DNA of 64,000 nucleotides from contig OZ242365.1 in the NCBI GenBank assembly GCA_965208905.1, forward strand, positions 160,001 through 224,000. Direction: 5' to 3'. Position numbers and translations under genes: made by a program. Positions within the stretch are counted from its first letter, which is position 1. Every line of letters starts with the position of its first letter. The stretch comes from Nitrosopumilaceae archaeon (GTDB lineage Archaea; Thermoproteota; Nitrososphaeria; Nitrososphaerales; Nitrosopumilaceae). Below are positions 9,087 through 18,385 of this stretch, piece after piece. Under the pieces are notes generated by a model. That model was not told the DNA's origin, made no database searches, and saw only the letters and a program-made list of their open reading frames with translations.

Positions 9087-9852
9087 AAATGTGAGATTTT
9101 ACATTCCTTTATAATTGTTCTATTTTCTGATATTTGATGCCACACCTACAAGTTTGGGGGGGTGGTTTGGGTAAAACGTTACAAATCATCATACATAATG
9201 GCAGTTGAGAAGTTGATGAGGGATGAAAAACTCAGAAAAACGGGACATAATTAGGAAGTTAGAGTGTGGCCGTTGAACGTGAAGTATAGAACTGTTCATT
9301 CTTTCCTACTCCTCGGTATATTGATGTGCACCACGCCGTGTATTGAGCGGGCCGACCGTCATTTGCTACAGGCCGGTCAGGGCATTTGGGTGGCATAGGG
9401 GAGGGAGTAATTTTTTAGAGCAGGCGTGAAGTCTCAAACGTGCGTTAATATGACGCTTCTCTTTTTTGCATATTTTACGTATTATTATATTGGTATGAAA
9501 TCATCATCTTCGAGTAGTTATTTGTTAATTATCAAAAAATTAATGTTTAACATTGGTATCACACATAGTGGTTTTTTATTTGAATTTAAATTATAAATTT
9601 GTAGGAACGCCAATCATTGTCGCCATACAATCTTTTATTCTCTGTCAGTATACCCTACGGTCGTTGATTCTAGTTTTCATGCCATAAATTTTGTTCAGAT
9701 GTAATGAAAATTACATTTAACATTATAATTAGAAGATTTAATTAATTATTAAAAGCACTAAATTACATAGATCATAAATTATCCAGATTAAAAGCTACAC
9801 ATAAACTCTATTAGGTCAAACCAAACCCCAGCATAATACAAGTAATAATTAT

Positions 9853-10065
9853 CTAGTTATTGCGACGCCATGCCAGACTCTTTTCTGCGCGACGTATTCT
9901 GCCAAATTCAAAGACATCCTCAGCTATATCATACATATTGTGTGGGGTTATCAGGGTTATTGCATCATGCTCAGCAATAATAGATTCTACCTCAAGTAAC
10001 GCTTCAATCGTTTCATCTATGATATCATTACATTCAGATATAATATTAGACCAATCAGTGTCCAT
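9853..10065 (-). CDS. Small acidic hypothetical protein
   Basis: Starts immediately after the LLM gene stop; helical acidic sequence. Confidence 0.55.
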   Translation of the reverse strand: MDTDWSNIISECNDIIDETIEALLEVESIIAEHDAITLITPHNMYDIAEDVFEFGRIRRAEKSLAWRRNN

Positions 10066-11178
10066 CTATTTTGCAACCTGTTCCCGCAGATACGGCATTA
10101 CATGATTGGCAAACTTGTCGATGGAACCAACATACTCTCTTCCCCAGAATCGAATTACAAAGTGAGTGACTCCGGCCTTCATAAATCTCTCAAATGTGGG
10201 AATTACATCATCGGGCGTACCAATGGCAGTAGAGGATCGTGCCACATCATCGGGTAGTTTGGTGGCGGCCTCCCGCATTCGTACAATCCAGTTCGAGTCA
10301 GACATGGAATATTCAGTAAAGTATTTTCTAAAATCAAAGCCCTCTATTGATTTTAGGTTGTGGACTCTAAGTATCTCAGGTTTGAAGAGACTGACTTTGA
10401 CGGCCTCCTTCATCTTTGCCCATGACAGTTCGGCATCCTCAGAGAAGTACACATCTATATCCAGCGCCCATTGGAACCGTTCCTTGTCTTCCTCGGAGCG
10501 ATCATTTACCTCCATAGATTTTACAATTTGGCTACGATGATCTTCAAACAACTCTGGCGTATATCCTATGGGCAACCAACCATCACCCAACCTACCGGTC
10601 ATGGCCAACGTCCGTTTCCCACCAGCGGCCATATATGTTGGTATACGGGGGGCTCTTATAGATGGAGCCTGTAGACATGCAGACTGCAGCTCATAGTATT
10701 TGCCTTGATAGTCTACCAAATTGTCGGGGTTTGATTCGTATAGTTTGTGTATTACCTCTATCTGCTCTTCCCACTTACTGACTGGTGAGACAAACGGAAT
10801 GCAGAACTCTTTGAGGTTTTGTGCCTCGCCAGCACCGATTCCCAGTATGGCTCGGCCACCAGAGATGCGGTCCAAAGTTATGGCTGCCAGGGCTATATTG
10901 GATGGATGACGTCTGATGGCATCAGTAACACATGTACCTAGCTCGACATTTTTTGTAACCGCAGCAATGGCAGATAACATCACCCAGGGGTCCAATACTA
11001 TGGCTTTGCGCCACTGAGGCACGTTCGTATGATCCATATAGAATATTGAGTCATAGCCGGATTTATCAGCCAGCATGCATGCAGTTAGTATACGCTCCTC
11101 AGTGTAGCCGGCTCTTGCCACGTTTAGTCCGTTTTGGATCCCAAACTTGAGATCTACACTTGTCATAAGAGTTTTCAA
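10066..11178 (-). CDS. LLM-class (probably F420-dependent) oxidoreductase
   Basis: GYDSIFYMDH, DPWVMLSAIA, TLDRISGGRAILGIGAG, GRLGDGWLP. Confidence 0.9.
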   Translation of the reverse strand: MKTLMTSVDLKFGIQNGLNVARAGYTEERILTACMLADKSGYDSIFYMDHTNVPQWRKAIVLDPWVMLSAIAAVTKNVELGTCVTDAIRRHPSNIALAAITLDRISGGRAILGIGAGEAQNLKEFCIPFVSPVSKWEEQIEVIHKLYESNPDNLVDYQGKYYELQSACLQAPSIRAPRIPTYMAAGGKRTLAMTGRLGDGWLPIGYTPELFEDHRSQIVKSMEVNDRSEEDKERFQWALDIDVYFSEDAELSWAKMKEAVKVSLFKPEILRVHNLKSIEGFDFRKYFTEYSMSDSNWIVRMREAATKLPDDVARSSTAIGTPDDVIPTFERFMKAGVTHFVIRFWGREYVGSIDKFANHVMPYLREQVAK

Positions 11179-11368
11179 TTTTGTTTGTTTAAAAATCTTA
11201 GGTTATGATGGACGCAATAGCAGTAAAAACGCCTTTGAGCATATAGTGCGACATCCCTCCAAGGACAGATATACACAATATCGCATCCGTTGAGGAAACA
11301 AAACTGATTATATAATTTGGCTACATAAAAAACGAAACAATCACATATGCCAGCCAACTATACAGATC

Positions 11369-12001
11369 ATGAAACTGTTAGGCAAGCTGGAGATAAAGTC
11401 CCCAAAAAGGATAGCTAAATTTTGTGAGACAGAGCATGTGGGACGCATAGCCACGATAGACTCAGAAGGATACCCCCAAGTGATACCCATGAACTTTGTG
11501 TTTTTGGGTGGCTTTGTGTATATGCACTCGCACATACATGGTGAAAAGTTGGACAACATAGTGCGAAATGTCAAGGTAGGTTTTGAGATGGACAGGGAAC
11601 TTGAATTTTTGCCATCATACTTTACACACCCCACAGACGCATCTGTTGCGGACACACTCTACATCAGTGTGGTGATGAAAGGAGTTGCGCACATCATAAC
11701 CGACAAGGTGGAAAAATGTATGGCGCTCAACGGCCTAATGGAGAAGTATCAGCCCGAGGGCGGATACGAGCCTGTAAAACCCACTGATGACACACTACAC
11801 TATGTGACTGTAATACGAATAACGCCAAGTTCCATACAGGGCAAATACAAAATTGGTCAACATCTTCAGCCGAATGAAAGGAGATCATTGGCCCAAAAGA
11901 TACTGGAGCGCAACTCAGATACAGCCTTGGAGACATTAAATGTCATGGGGTTTGCTGTTCGTGATGGCAGTGTCATACAAACAAATGATGAAAAGTGGTA
12001 G
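11369..12001 (+). CDS. Pyridoxamine 5'-phosphate oxidase-like flavin-binding protein
   Basis: GRIATID..GYPQVIPMNF, GEKLDNI..N.KVGFE. Confidence 0.85.
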   Translation: MKLLGKLEIKSPKRIAKFCETEHVGRIATIDSEGYPQVIPMNFVFLGGFVYMHSHIHGEKLDNIVRNVKVGFEMDRELEFLPSYFTHPTDASVADTLYISVVMKGVAHIITDKVEKCMALNGLMEKYQPEGGYEPVKPTDDTLHYVTVIRITPSSIQGKYKIGQHLQPNERRSLAQKILERNSDTALETLNVMGFAVRDGSVIQTNDEKW

Positions 12002-12101
12002 CGGCGCTCGGTCAAATGCCTTATCATCATTTCATCAGGCATAACTCTGATTCCTCACGGCAGCCGTAATCATCATTGTACGACTATTAATTTAAGGTGT
12101 A

Positions 12102-12178
12102 TGGTGGGCCCGGTGGGCTTCGATCCCGCGGCTCACCGATTATGAGTCGGTTACTCTACCAAGCTGAGTTACGGGCCC
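12102..12178 (-). tRNA. tRNA with CAU anticodon, most likely tRNA-Ile2; CCA encoded
   Basis: GGGCCCG/CGGGCCC acceptor stem, ACCGA-CTCATAA-TCGGT anticodon arm; the GGGCCC acceptor is typical of archaeal Ile tRNAs. Confidence 0.88.
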
Positions 12179-12204
12179 TAAAAATAACGAAGGCGCATTA
12201 GCTA

Positions 12205-12834
12205 TTAATTGTTGTTACAGTACTGCTCGTAGCAGGCATCCAGTAAGAGATTCTGGGCCTGTACAGACTTTGTAGCAGCATCAATGAGTATGTCATCATC
12301 AACGTCTGCAGATTTTAATATCTCACTCCAGTCTCGGGCATGCCGTATATCTGCCTCAGTATGCTGTACAAAGTACTCCACATCATCAGATATGCCATAG
12401 AACTCTTGTAGTCCCTCCAGTTTGGTTTGGCTGACTTTTGGTATCTCTTTTTCAAGTGCATACATGGCAGCTGCTGCAGCATAGAACTGGTCCGTCTGCG
12501 CATACATGATGTTTACAGCCTCTTGTGTCTTTGGCAGACCCCCATACTCTTCCAGCTCAACAGTATCAACTCCTAGTTTTGCAGCAAACTCTCTCCATAG
12601 TGGCATATGATCATACTCTTCGCGCATGTTCTGTTCCATATTATCACTATGGGGGGCCAATGGCAGTATACGCTCCATCAAATCTGGTACAGCCTTTACC
12701 ATCTGGTAATACTCTTTAGAGTATCCGGCCAACATGGGCAGTGTTAACTGACCCTCAGACCACATTGTATAGAACTTGTGTTTTAGTAGACTGTTGCGCT
12801 CTATTATATCATCTATCTGTTCTATTACATTCAT
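12205..12834 (-). CDS. CADD/PqqC-like heme-oxygenase-like diiron protein
   Basis: LLKHKFYTMWSEG, EEYDH, YALE...SQTK, HTEADIRH pattern. Confidence 0.85.
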   Translation of the reverse strand: MNVIEQIDDIIERNSLLKHKFYTMWSEGQLTLPMLAGYSKEYYQMVKAVPDLMERILPLAPHSDNMEQNMREEYDHMPLWREFAAKLGVDTVELEEYGGLPKTQEAVNIMYAQTDQFYAAAAAMYALEKEIPKVSQTKLEGLQEFYGISDDVEYFVQHTEADIRHARDWSEILKSADVDDDILIDAATKSVQAQNLLLDACYEQYCNNN

Positions 12835-12975
12835 AATACAATCTTTATGCAACCATACTAAAATCTTTCCAAAATCACCAAAATATATCTGCGCAATCTA
12901 TACAATGGTGGGCACAACCCAAACGTATAGTACTACATGTGGTCGCTGGACTTTTTTTTGTATTATACAGAGATG

Positions 12976-13689
12976 TTACTTTTTTGTGGTGAGATACTCT
13001 AAAACTTGTCTCTCCAGTGTATCTCCAACTTCGTCAGCTGGAAGGTTTCCATCAATAGATACTAAATTATATTTTTTCTTTAATATTTCAAACTCCCGGG
13101 CTAATTTTTGTTGATATATAATAAACGACTCAAACATATCATCCGAGAAGCCCATATCTGCTCCAGACTCATAGTAATCTAGTTGCTGGTGCTTTTCAAA
13201 TACACGATGAACTAGCTTGAACGGATCTACATCCAAATAAAATACCAAATCCGGAACCATGGCAAAGCTATACAGCGCTGCAGACCATAAGCGGCGTATA
13301 CCACGCACAGTATTACGAGCCATCAGTGTGTAGATGTACCGATCTGCCAAGACCACATAGCCAGACTGTAATGCAGGAATTATTTTATGTTCTAATTGAG
13401 ATGCAAAATCAGCAGCATAAAACAGAGCGATAGTACGTTTGCCCAGTGTGATGTTGCGCTTTGCCTCTAGGATTCCATCGCCAATAAGTTGGGAGTGTCT
13501 TAAACCAGTATTCAAGACTGCAAATCCGCGAGCCTCCAACTTTGATGTCAATCGCTCAACCTGCGTACTGCGACCTGATGCATCCGGACCCTCTATAACA
13601 ATGAGTTGTCCTGTTATCTTGGTATCTGCAAGGTAAGGTATGCCGCCGGTACTTCCATACCATTTTGGAAGTTTAGGTGTTTGAGACAT
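12976..13689 (-). CDS. Thymidylate kinase-like protein (paralog 2)
   Basis: LIVIEGPDASGRST variant P-loop, VLADRYIYT. Confidence 0.85.
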   Translation of the reverse strand: MSQTPKLPKWYGSTGGIPYLADTKITGQLIVIEGPDASGRSTQVERLTSKLEARGFAVLNTGLRHSQLIGDGILEAKRNITLGKRTIALFYAADFASQLEHKIIPALQSGYVVLADRYIYTLMARNTVRGIRRLWSAALYSFAMVPDLVFYLDVDPFKLVHRVFEKHQQLDYYESGADMGFSDDMFESFIIYQQKLAREFEILKKKYNLVSIDGNLPADEVGDTLERQVLEYLTTKK

Positions 13690-13690
13690 T

Positions 13691-14365
13691 TTAGTATATG
13701 TCCACCTCTTCTGAAATTGTACCAAGCTTATCTAGTACTATGCGACGCATAATTTTTTGTTGTGCCTGAATACCCAGTGTAGCATCTATAACAGCAAAAT
13801 TCTCTCGTTTCTTCATTAATTCGTATTGGTGGATTATGCGACTCTGAAACAACCTATAACTCTCATATGGATCCCGACTCAATCCCAAATCCATTCCTGC
13901 TTCATAATATTTCAGTTTGGGCCTATTGGACAGTATACGATCCATGGATACATCTATGGGAACCCTAAAGTAGAATGCAATATCTGGTTTTAGTGCAAAA
14001 TCATAGAGTTTACGTATCCATGTGGGGTTGCAGCCCCGGGTCACGTCACGGGAGTAAGCAGTGTATATGTAGCGGTCTGCCAACACAAAGTAACCAGAAC
14101 GAAGTAATGGCATAATATTTCGCTCAAATCTATCTGCAAAATCAGTGGCGTGTAACAGACTAAATGTTGTGGGGGTGAGATTTGTCTTCTTTTTGGCTTT
14201 TGATGTTATTGACTTTACCATGGCAGATGAGTTCCATTCGGTAAGAAATACATCCATCCCATAAAACCGCAACCATTTTTCCAGCAGACGAATTTGTGTA
14301 GATTTACCCGATCCGTCAATACCCTCCACAACTATCAGTTTTCCCGGTATACCATATTCTTTCAT
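13691..14365 (-). CDS. tmk: Thymidylate kinase
   Basis: LIVVEGIDGSGKST, VLADRYIYT. Confidence 0.88.
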   Translation of the reverse strand: MKEYGIPGKLIVVEGIDGSGKSTQIRLLEKWLRFYGMDVFLTEWNSSAMVKSITSKAKKKTNLTPTTFSLLHATDFADRFERNIMPLLRSGYFVLADRYIYTAYSRDVTRGCNPTWIRKLYDFALKPDIAFYFRVPIDVSMDRILSNRPKLKYYEAGMDLGLSRDPYESYRLFQSRIIHQYELMKKRENFAVIDATLGIQAQQKIMRRIVLDKLGTISEEVDIY

Positions 14366-14715
14366 CCATTTAGAGGGCAGTAATTATACATCATATGGCC
14401 CTTAAAAAAACTTTTCAGTACATCTAGAGAGAATTATATCAAAAGGTAGAACCCCTCTGTGCAGATGGTTTGATGTGGCGTCTATCTTTTATCACATATA
14501 ATTAGTAAATGTATTAATGTCTAGAAATGGAGATCTTAATAATGTACACATAAAAACCTCAACCGTTAAAAGCCTCAATCAACAAAAGCAGTCATTCGGT
14601 GTAAATCTGGATACAATAAAATTTTAATTATTAAAAAATTAGGATTTAATTGGATAGATGCCATATTCAAGACAATTTAGAATAGATTTATTTCCAATAA
14701 CATACTAGAGCGAGT

Positions 14716-16062
14716 ATGGCTATTCTACCAATCGACGGCGGAAGATACGGAACCACCGAGATGTTGGCCATATTTGATGAGCAGAGGCGGGTAGACTATC
14801 AGATACAGATAGAGGGTGCAGTCGCCAGTGCTCAGGGAGTTCTAGACATAATACCACAGGAAGCCGCCAAAAACATCACCAAAGTGGCAACACTGGGCAG
14901 GGTAACTACAAAACGGATAGCAGAGTTGGAGGCCAAAAGCGATCATGATACTGCGGCGCTAGTTGAGGCGCTAGCCGAGTTGTGCGCAAAGACGGCAAGA
15001 CCATGGATACATTATGGGCTCACCAGCAATGATCTGGTGGACACCTGTACATCCATGCAGATGAGGGACGCTCTAAACATAATCATACCAAAAGCCATCA
15101 AGCTGGCCCACAGTCTCATACATATGGCTGAGACACACGCCAAACTACCAGCGGTGGGTCGAACACATGGACAGCATGCCAGCATCATATCATTTGGTTT
15201 AAAGTTTGCAAATTGGGCAGAAGAGATAGCCGTGCATGTCGAAAGACTGCGCAGTGCATCAAAGCGTGTCAGCATATGTAAAACTTTAGGGGTTGTGGGG
15301 ACCGGCTCGTTGATGGGCCAGAATGCATTGGTGGTACAAGACATGGTGGCCAAAACGCTGAATCTGAGTCCCATCATGGTGGCGACACAGATAATCCCCC
15401 GAGAAAGGTATGCCGAGTACATATTTTCCCTAGCATTATTAGGGTCAACGCTGGACAAGATTGCTCTGGAGATAAGAAACCTACAAAGAACCGAGATCAA
15501 TGAGGTGGCAGAGCAGTTTAAGCAGGGACAGATGGGCAGTAGTGCCGTTCCTGTAAAGCGCAACCCCATAAAGTCTGAGAGGATATCATCATTAGCAAAG
15601 CTACTACGAGGACAGGTGGGTACTGCATTTGAGAATATAGCACTTTGGCACGAGCGAGATCTCACCAACTCGGCCAATGAAAGGTTCACCATACCCACCG
15701 CATCAATCCTACTAGATGAGATGCTAGAGAGTATTTTGCGCATAATACCAACCATGGTTATAAACAAGGACAAAATAACTGAAAATCTAAACATTACACA
15801 GGGCCACATATTTGCCGAATTTGTAATGGGCGCATTAATAAAGAGAGGCATCTCTCGAATGAGCGCTTATAGAGCCGTGCAGAGTGTAGCCTTTGAGGCG
15901 CTAAAGACAGATATTCATCTTCGGGACGCACTGATGCAAGATCCTACAATATCTCAAAGCCTGAGTATACATGATTTAAACATGATATTTGATCCATCCA
16001 CACGGTTGGGAGCCTCACTATCCATAATACACAATGTATCTGAACATGTAAAAAGGCTATGA
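14716..16062 (+). CDS. purB: Adenylosuccinate lyase
   Basis: HYGLTSND, GRTHGQHA, GSSAVPVKRNP, HERDLTNS. Confidence 0.95.
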   Translation: MAILPIDGGRYGTTEMLAIFDEQRRVDYQIQIEGAVASAQGVLDIIPQEAAKNITKVATLGRVTTKRIAELEAKSDHDTAALVEALAELCAKTARPWIHYGLTSNDLVDTCTSMQMRDALNIIIPKAIKLAHSLIHMAETHAKLPAVGRTHGQHASIISFGLKFANWAEEIAVHVERLRSASKRVSICKTLGVVGTGSLMGQNALVVQDMVAKTLNLSPIMVATQIIPRERYAEYIFSLALLGSTLDKIALEIRNLQRTEINEVAEQFKQGQMGSSAVPVKRNPIKSERISSLAKLLRGQVGTAFENIALWHERDLTNSANERFTIPTASILLDEMLESILRIIPTMVINKDKITENLNITQGHIFAEFVMGALIKRGISRMSAYRAVQSVAFEALKTDIHLRDALMQDPTISQSLSIHDLNMIFDPSTRLGASLSIIHNVSEHVKRL

Positions 16063-16776
16063 AATCATATGATGATGTATTCGAGTGCCATATTGTAGAG
16101 CTTTTTTACGCTTGTAACAGACATCATGTGGCAGTCCCATCTGTTCTGCAGCAGCTCGTATAGCATGCTTTCTGGTATAATCATCAGTGCCCCGTATTTT
16201 ATCGTATAATGGTATGGTAAAAGAGTAGTCGATAAAATCTTGGCTCAAAAATGGATGATGCATGGTAATATTACATATTTTAGATATTATACGTAACATT
16301 GCAACTTCATTGGATATTTTATCATGCATTACAGATAAAATGGCATCAATGCCCCTGTCGCATATACGTCGATACACATCATACCCACAGTACAACTCAT
16401 CAACTCCGTTGGCGGTAATTATTGCGTTTAAATTATATTTTTTTGCCAGTTTAGAGACAAAATAAAATGCTATACAATTCTCATGCCAGGATAATGACTT
16501 TTTACCTATTTTATCGTGTATGATACTGCGGATGTGATCAAACTCGTCTCTCTGTATTACATGTATGTGATGTGGCAGTTTGAGTATGCTAGACACTTTT
16601 TTACTATACTCTACATCATGACTGTTATCAAAACCCACCGTCAGCAGAGTTATATCACAATCACACATATGACATAGCCTGGCTAATGCGGCGCTATCCA
16701 CACCTCCAGAGAAAGCCACCCCAACACTATACTTGACATCGCATGCACAAAGGGCCTGACGCATTGCATCATACAT
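16057..16776 (-). CDS. Asparagine synthase C-terminal-like PP-loop protein
   Basis: [28 protein letters not shown]. Confidence 0.85.
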   Translation of the reverse strand: MYDAMRQALCACDVKYSVGVAFSGGVDSAALARLCHMCDCDITLLTVGFDNSHDVEYSKKVSSILKLPHHIHVIQRDEFDHIRSIIHDKIGKKSLSWHENCIAFYFVSKLAKKYNLNAIITANGVDELYCGYDVYRRICDRGIDAILSVMHDKISNEVAMLRIISKICNITMHHPFLSQDFIDYSFTIPLYDKIRGTDDYTRKHAIRAAAEQMGLPHDVCYKRKKALQYGTRIHHHMIS

Positions 16777-16817
16777 TAGGCTCCTTTAAATTTGGGCCCT
16801 CATATATTACCAGTATA

Positions 16818-17081
16818 ATGAGGAGATTAGACCACATACCACTAGATACGCTGAATGGTTGGAGCATACAGAACGAAAAACTGCACAAAGACTTTGAGTT
16901 TAAGGACTTTAAAGAGGCATTTGAGTTCATGGTGCGTGTAGCCGACATGGCTGAAGATATGAACCATCATCCAGAGTGGTTCAACGTATACAATAAGGTA
17001 TCAATAGATCTGACAACTCATGATGCAGGCGGTATAACTACCAACGATGTAGAGTTTGCCAAGAGGGTAAACCAGATATAG
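16818..17081 (+). CDS. phhB: 4a-hydroxytetrahydrobiopterin dehydratase (PCD)
   Basis: [14 protein letters not shown]...TTHDAGGIT. Confidence 0.92.
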   Translation: MRRLDHIPLDTLNGWSIQNEKLHKDFEFKDFKEAFEFMVRVADMAEDMNHHPEWFNVYNKVSIDLTTHDAGGITTNDVEFAKRVNQI

Positions 17082-17149
17082 ATTAGGTTTGGGAATTGTA
17101 TCAGAAGGCGGGAATTTGCGTACCGATGCCTAACTATCAGGCGTGAAGA

Positions 17150-17527
17150 TTTTTTCAGATCCGACCTAACAACTCTATTGTTGGGAAATCTGATGGTACA
17201 ATCGCCATGCTGACACTTCGTGAAAAAGATACCCTGCGTAATATTGCACGGATTCAGAAAAAGATGTCTCGTTGTAGGCGTGGCTCCCATAAGTGGTGTA
17301 GATTACACGCGCAGTTACAAAGCGTTTACAAAAAGATGGGAAACAAGCAGACAGATAGGTTGCGCAACTTCTCCAAAAAGTTGATGATACAGTGTGATAA
17401 GTTAATCATGGAGGGCATGAATTTGGCGACGATGGCCAGAAAGGGGCCCTCTGAATGGCATAGGGACCGTTCCTCGTGGACAGAACTAACGCCAACATCA
17501 CTCGAAAGAGTGGTTATGTCTACTTAA
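17150..17527 (+). pseudogene. Remnant of IS200/IS605-type tnpB (internal fragment)
   Basis: KSDG...IARIQKKMSRCRRGSHKW...QTDRLRNFSKKL...LIMEGMNL matches the TnpB helical/RuvC-II region; RuvC-I Asp and Zn ribbon absent. Confidence 0.75.
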
Positions 17528-17575
17528 AGATATAATTCCTTTATGTTTTATATTATCGTGTAACGGCCTCTATTT

Positions 17576-18385
17576 ATGACCACCACAGATATCATAGATG
17601 CGGATTTCAAGTATGTCGACCAAGAAGGAAACTTAATGAGATCCCGTACAGAGTTATCGGTGGCAAAGTTGCTCTCCTTTCTAAACAAACCATACAAACA
17701 TAATTACATAATACCTGGACAGCCGCCGCTGGTGGCAAATTTTAAAACTCCAGATGGGTACATACAGATTCTTGATGATGAGTCAGATATAGCAGCATAT
17801 TTGAATATAAAAGAGCGACTAGGCAATGAAAGAGTAATCGCCATGGGCCATCCGCGATTAGCATCCAAAATCAGAGAGATGGATGATGTCATATTGTATA
17901 ATAATGCTCCAGAGACCGGTTCCATATTTTTGGAGGACTCATCATTTGCATTTGACTATTCACATATTCTACCGCTGGAGAAAAAATGCTCCATACTACA
18001 TGGACACACATCATCTGTGATGGTAGAGATGACTGGTAGCATGAAAGACAACCTGTTGATAGACTTTGCAGAGGCTAAAAGAATTGTTAAAGATGTTATT
18101 AGTATTTTTGATCATAAATTTCTCATAAATAAAAAATATCTGATATCTCAAACCCAGCAACACTACAGAATTGCATTTGATGGGCCAAAAGGAACATTTG
18201 ATCTGCAGTTACCTAAGCATACAACATGTCTGCTAGAAGGAGAGGTTACCGTTGAGAATCTTGCAGCCGAGATAATCAGACGAATGGCGCCTGCCCTTCC
18301 CAAGAATATAGAGGGTGTGGGCGTATACATATACGAAGGGTACAACAAGGGCGCCCATATAATATCCAGAATTCCGGTGAGATAG
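17576..18385 (+). CDS. 6-pyruvoyl-tetrahydropterin synthase/QueD-like protein with extra N-terminal domain
   Basis: FDYSHILP...KCSILHGHT, LIDF, FDHKFL, TVENLA. Confidence 0.85.
   Translation: MTTTDIIDADFKYVDQEGNLMRSRTELSVAKLLSFLNKPYKHNYIIPGQPPLVANFKTPDGYIQILDDESDIAAYLNIKERLGNERVIAMGHPRLASKIREMDDVILYNNAPETGSIFLEDSSFAFDYSHILPLEKKCSILHGHTSSVMVEMTGSMKDNLLIDFAEAKRIVKDVISIFDHKFLINKKYLISQTQQHYRIAFDGPKGTFDLQLPKHTTCLLEGEVTVENLAAEIIRRMAPALPKNIEGVGVYIYEGYNKGAHIISRIPVR

Noticed and set aside
8933-9145. 70-aa minus-strand ORF in the track
   Set aside because: It is the wrong frame of the real lysW-like gene
15012-15851. Long antisense ORFs (here and over tnpB, pdxST, the binding protein and the LVIVD gene)
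   Set aside because: Shadow frames of well-supported genes with no motifs of their own
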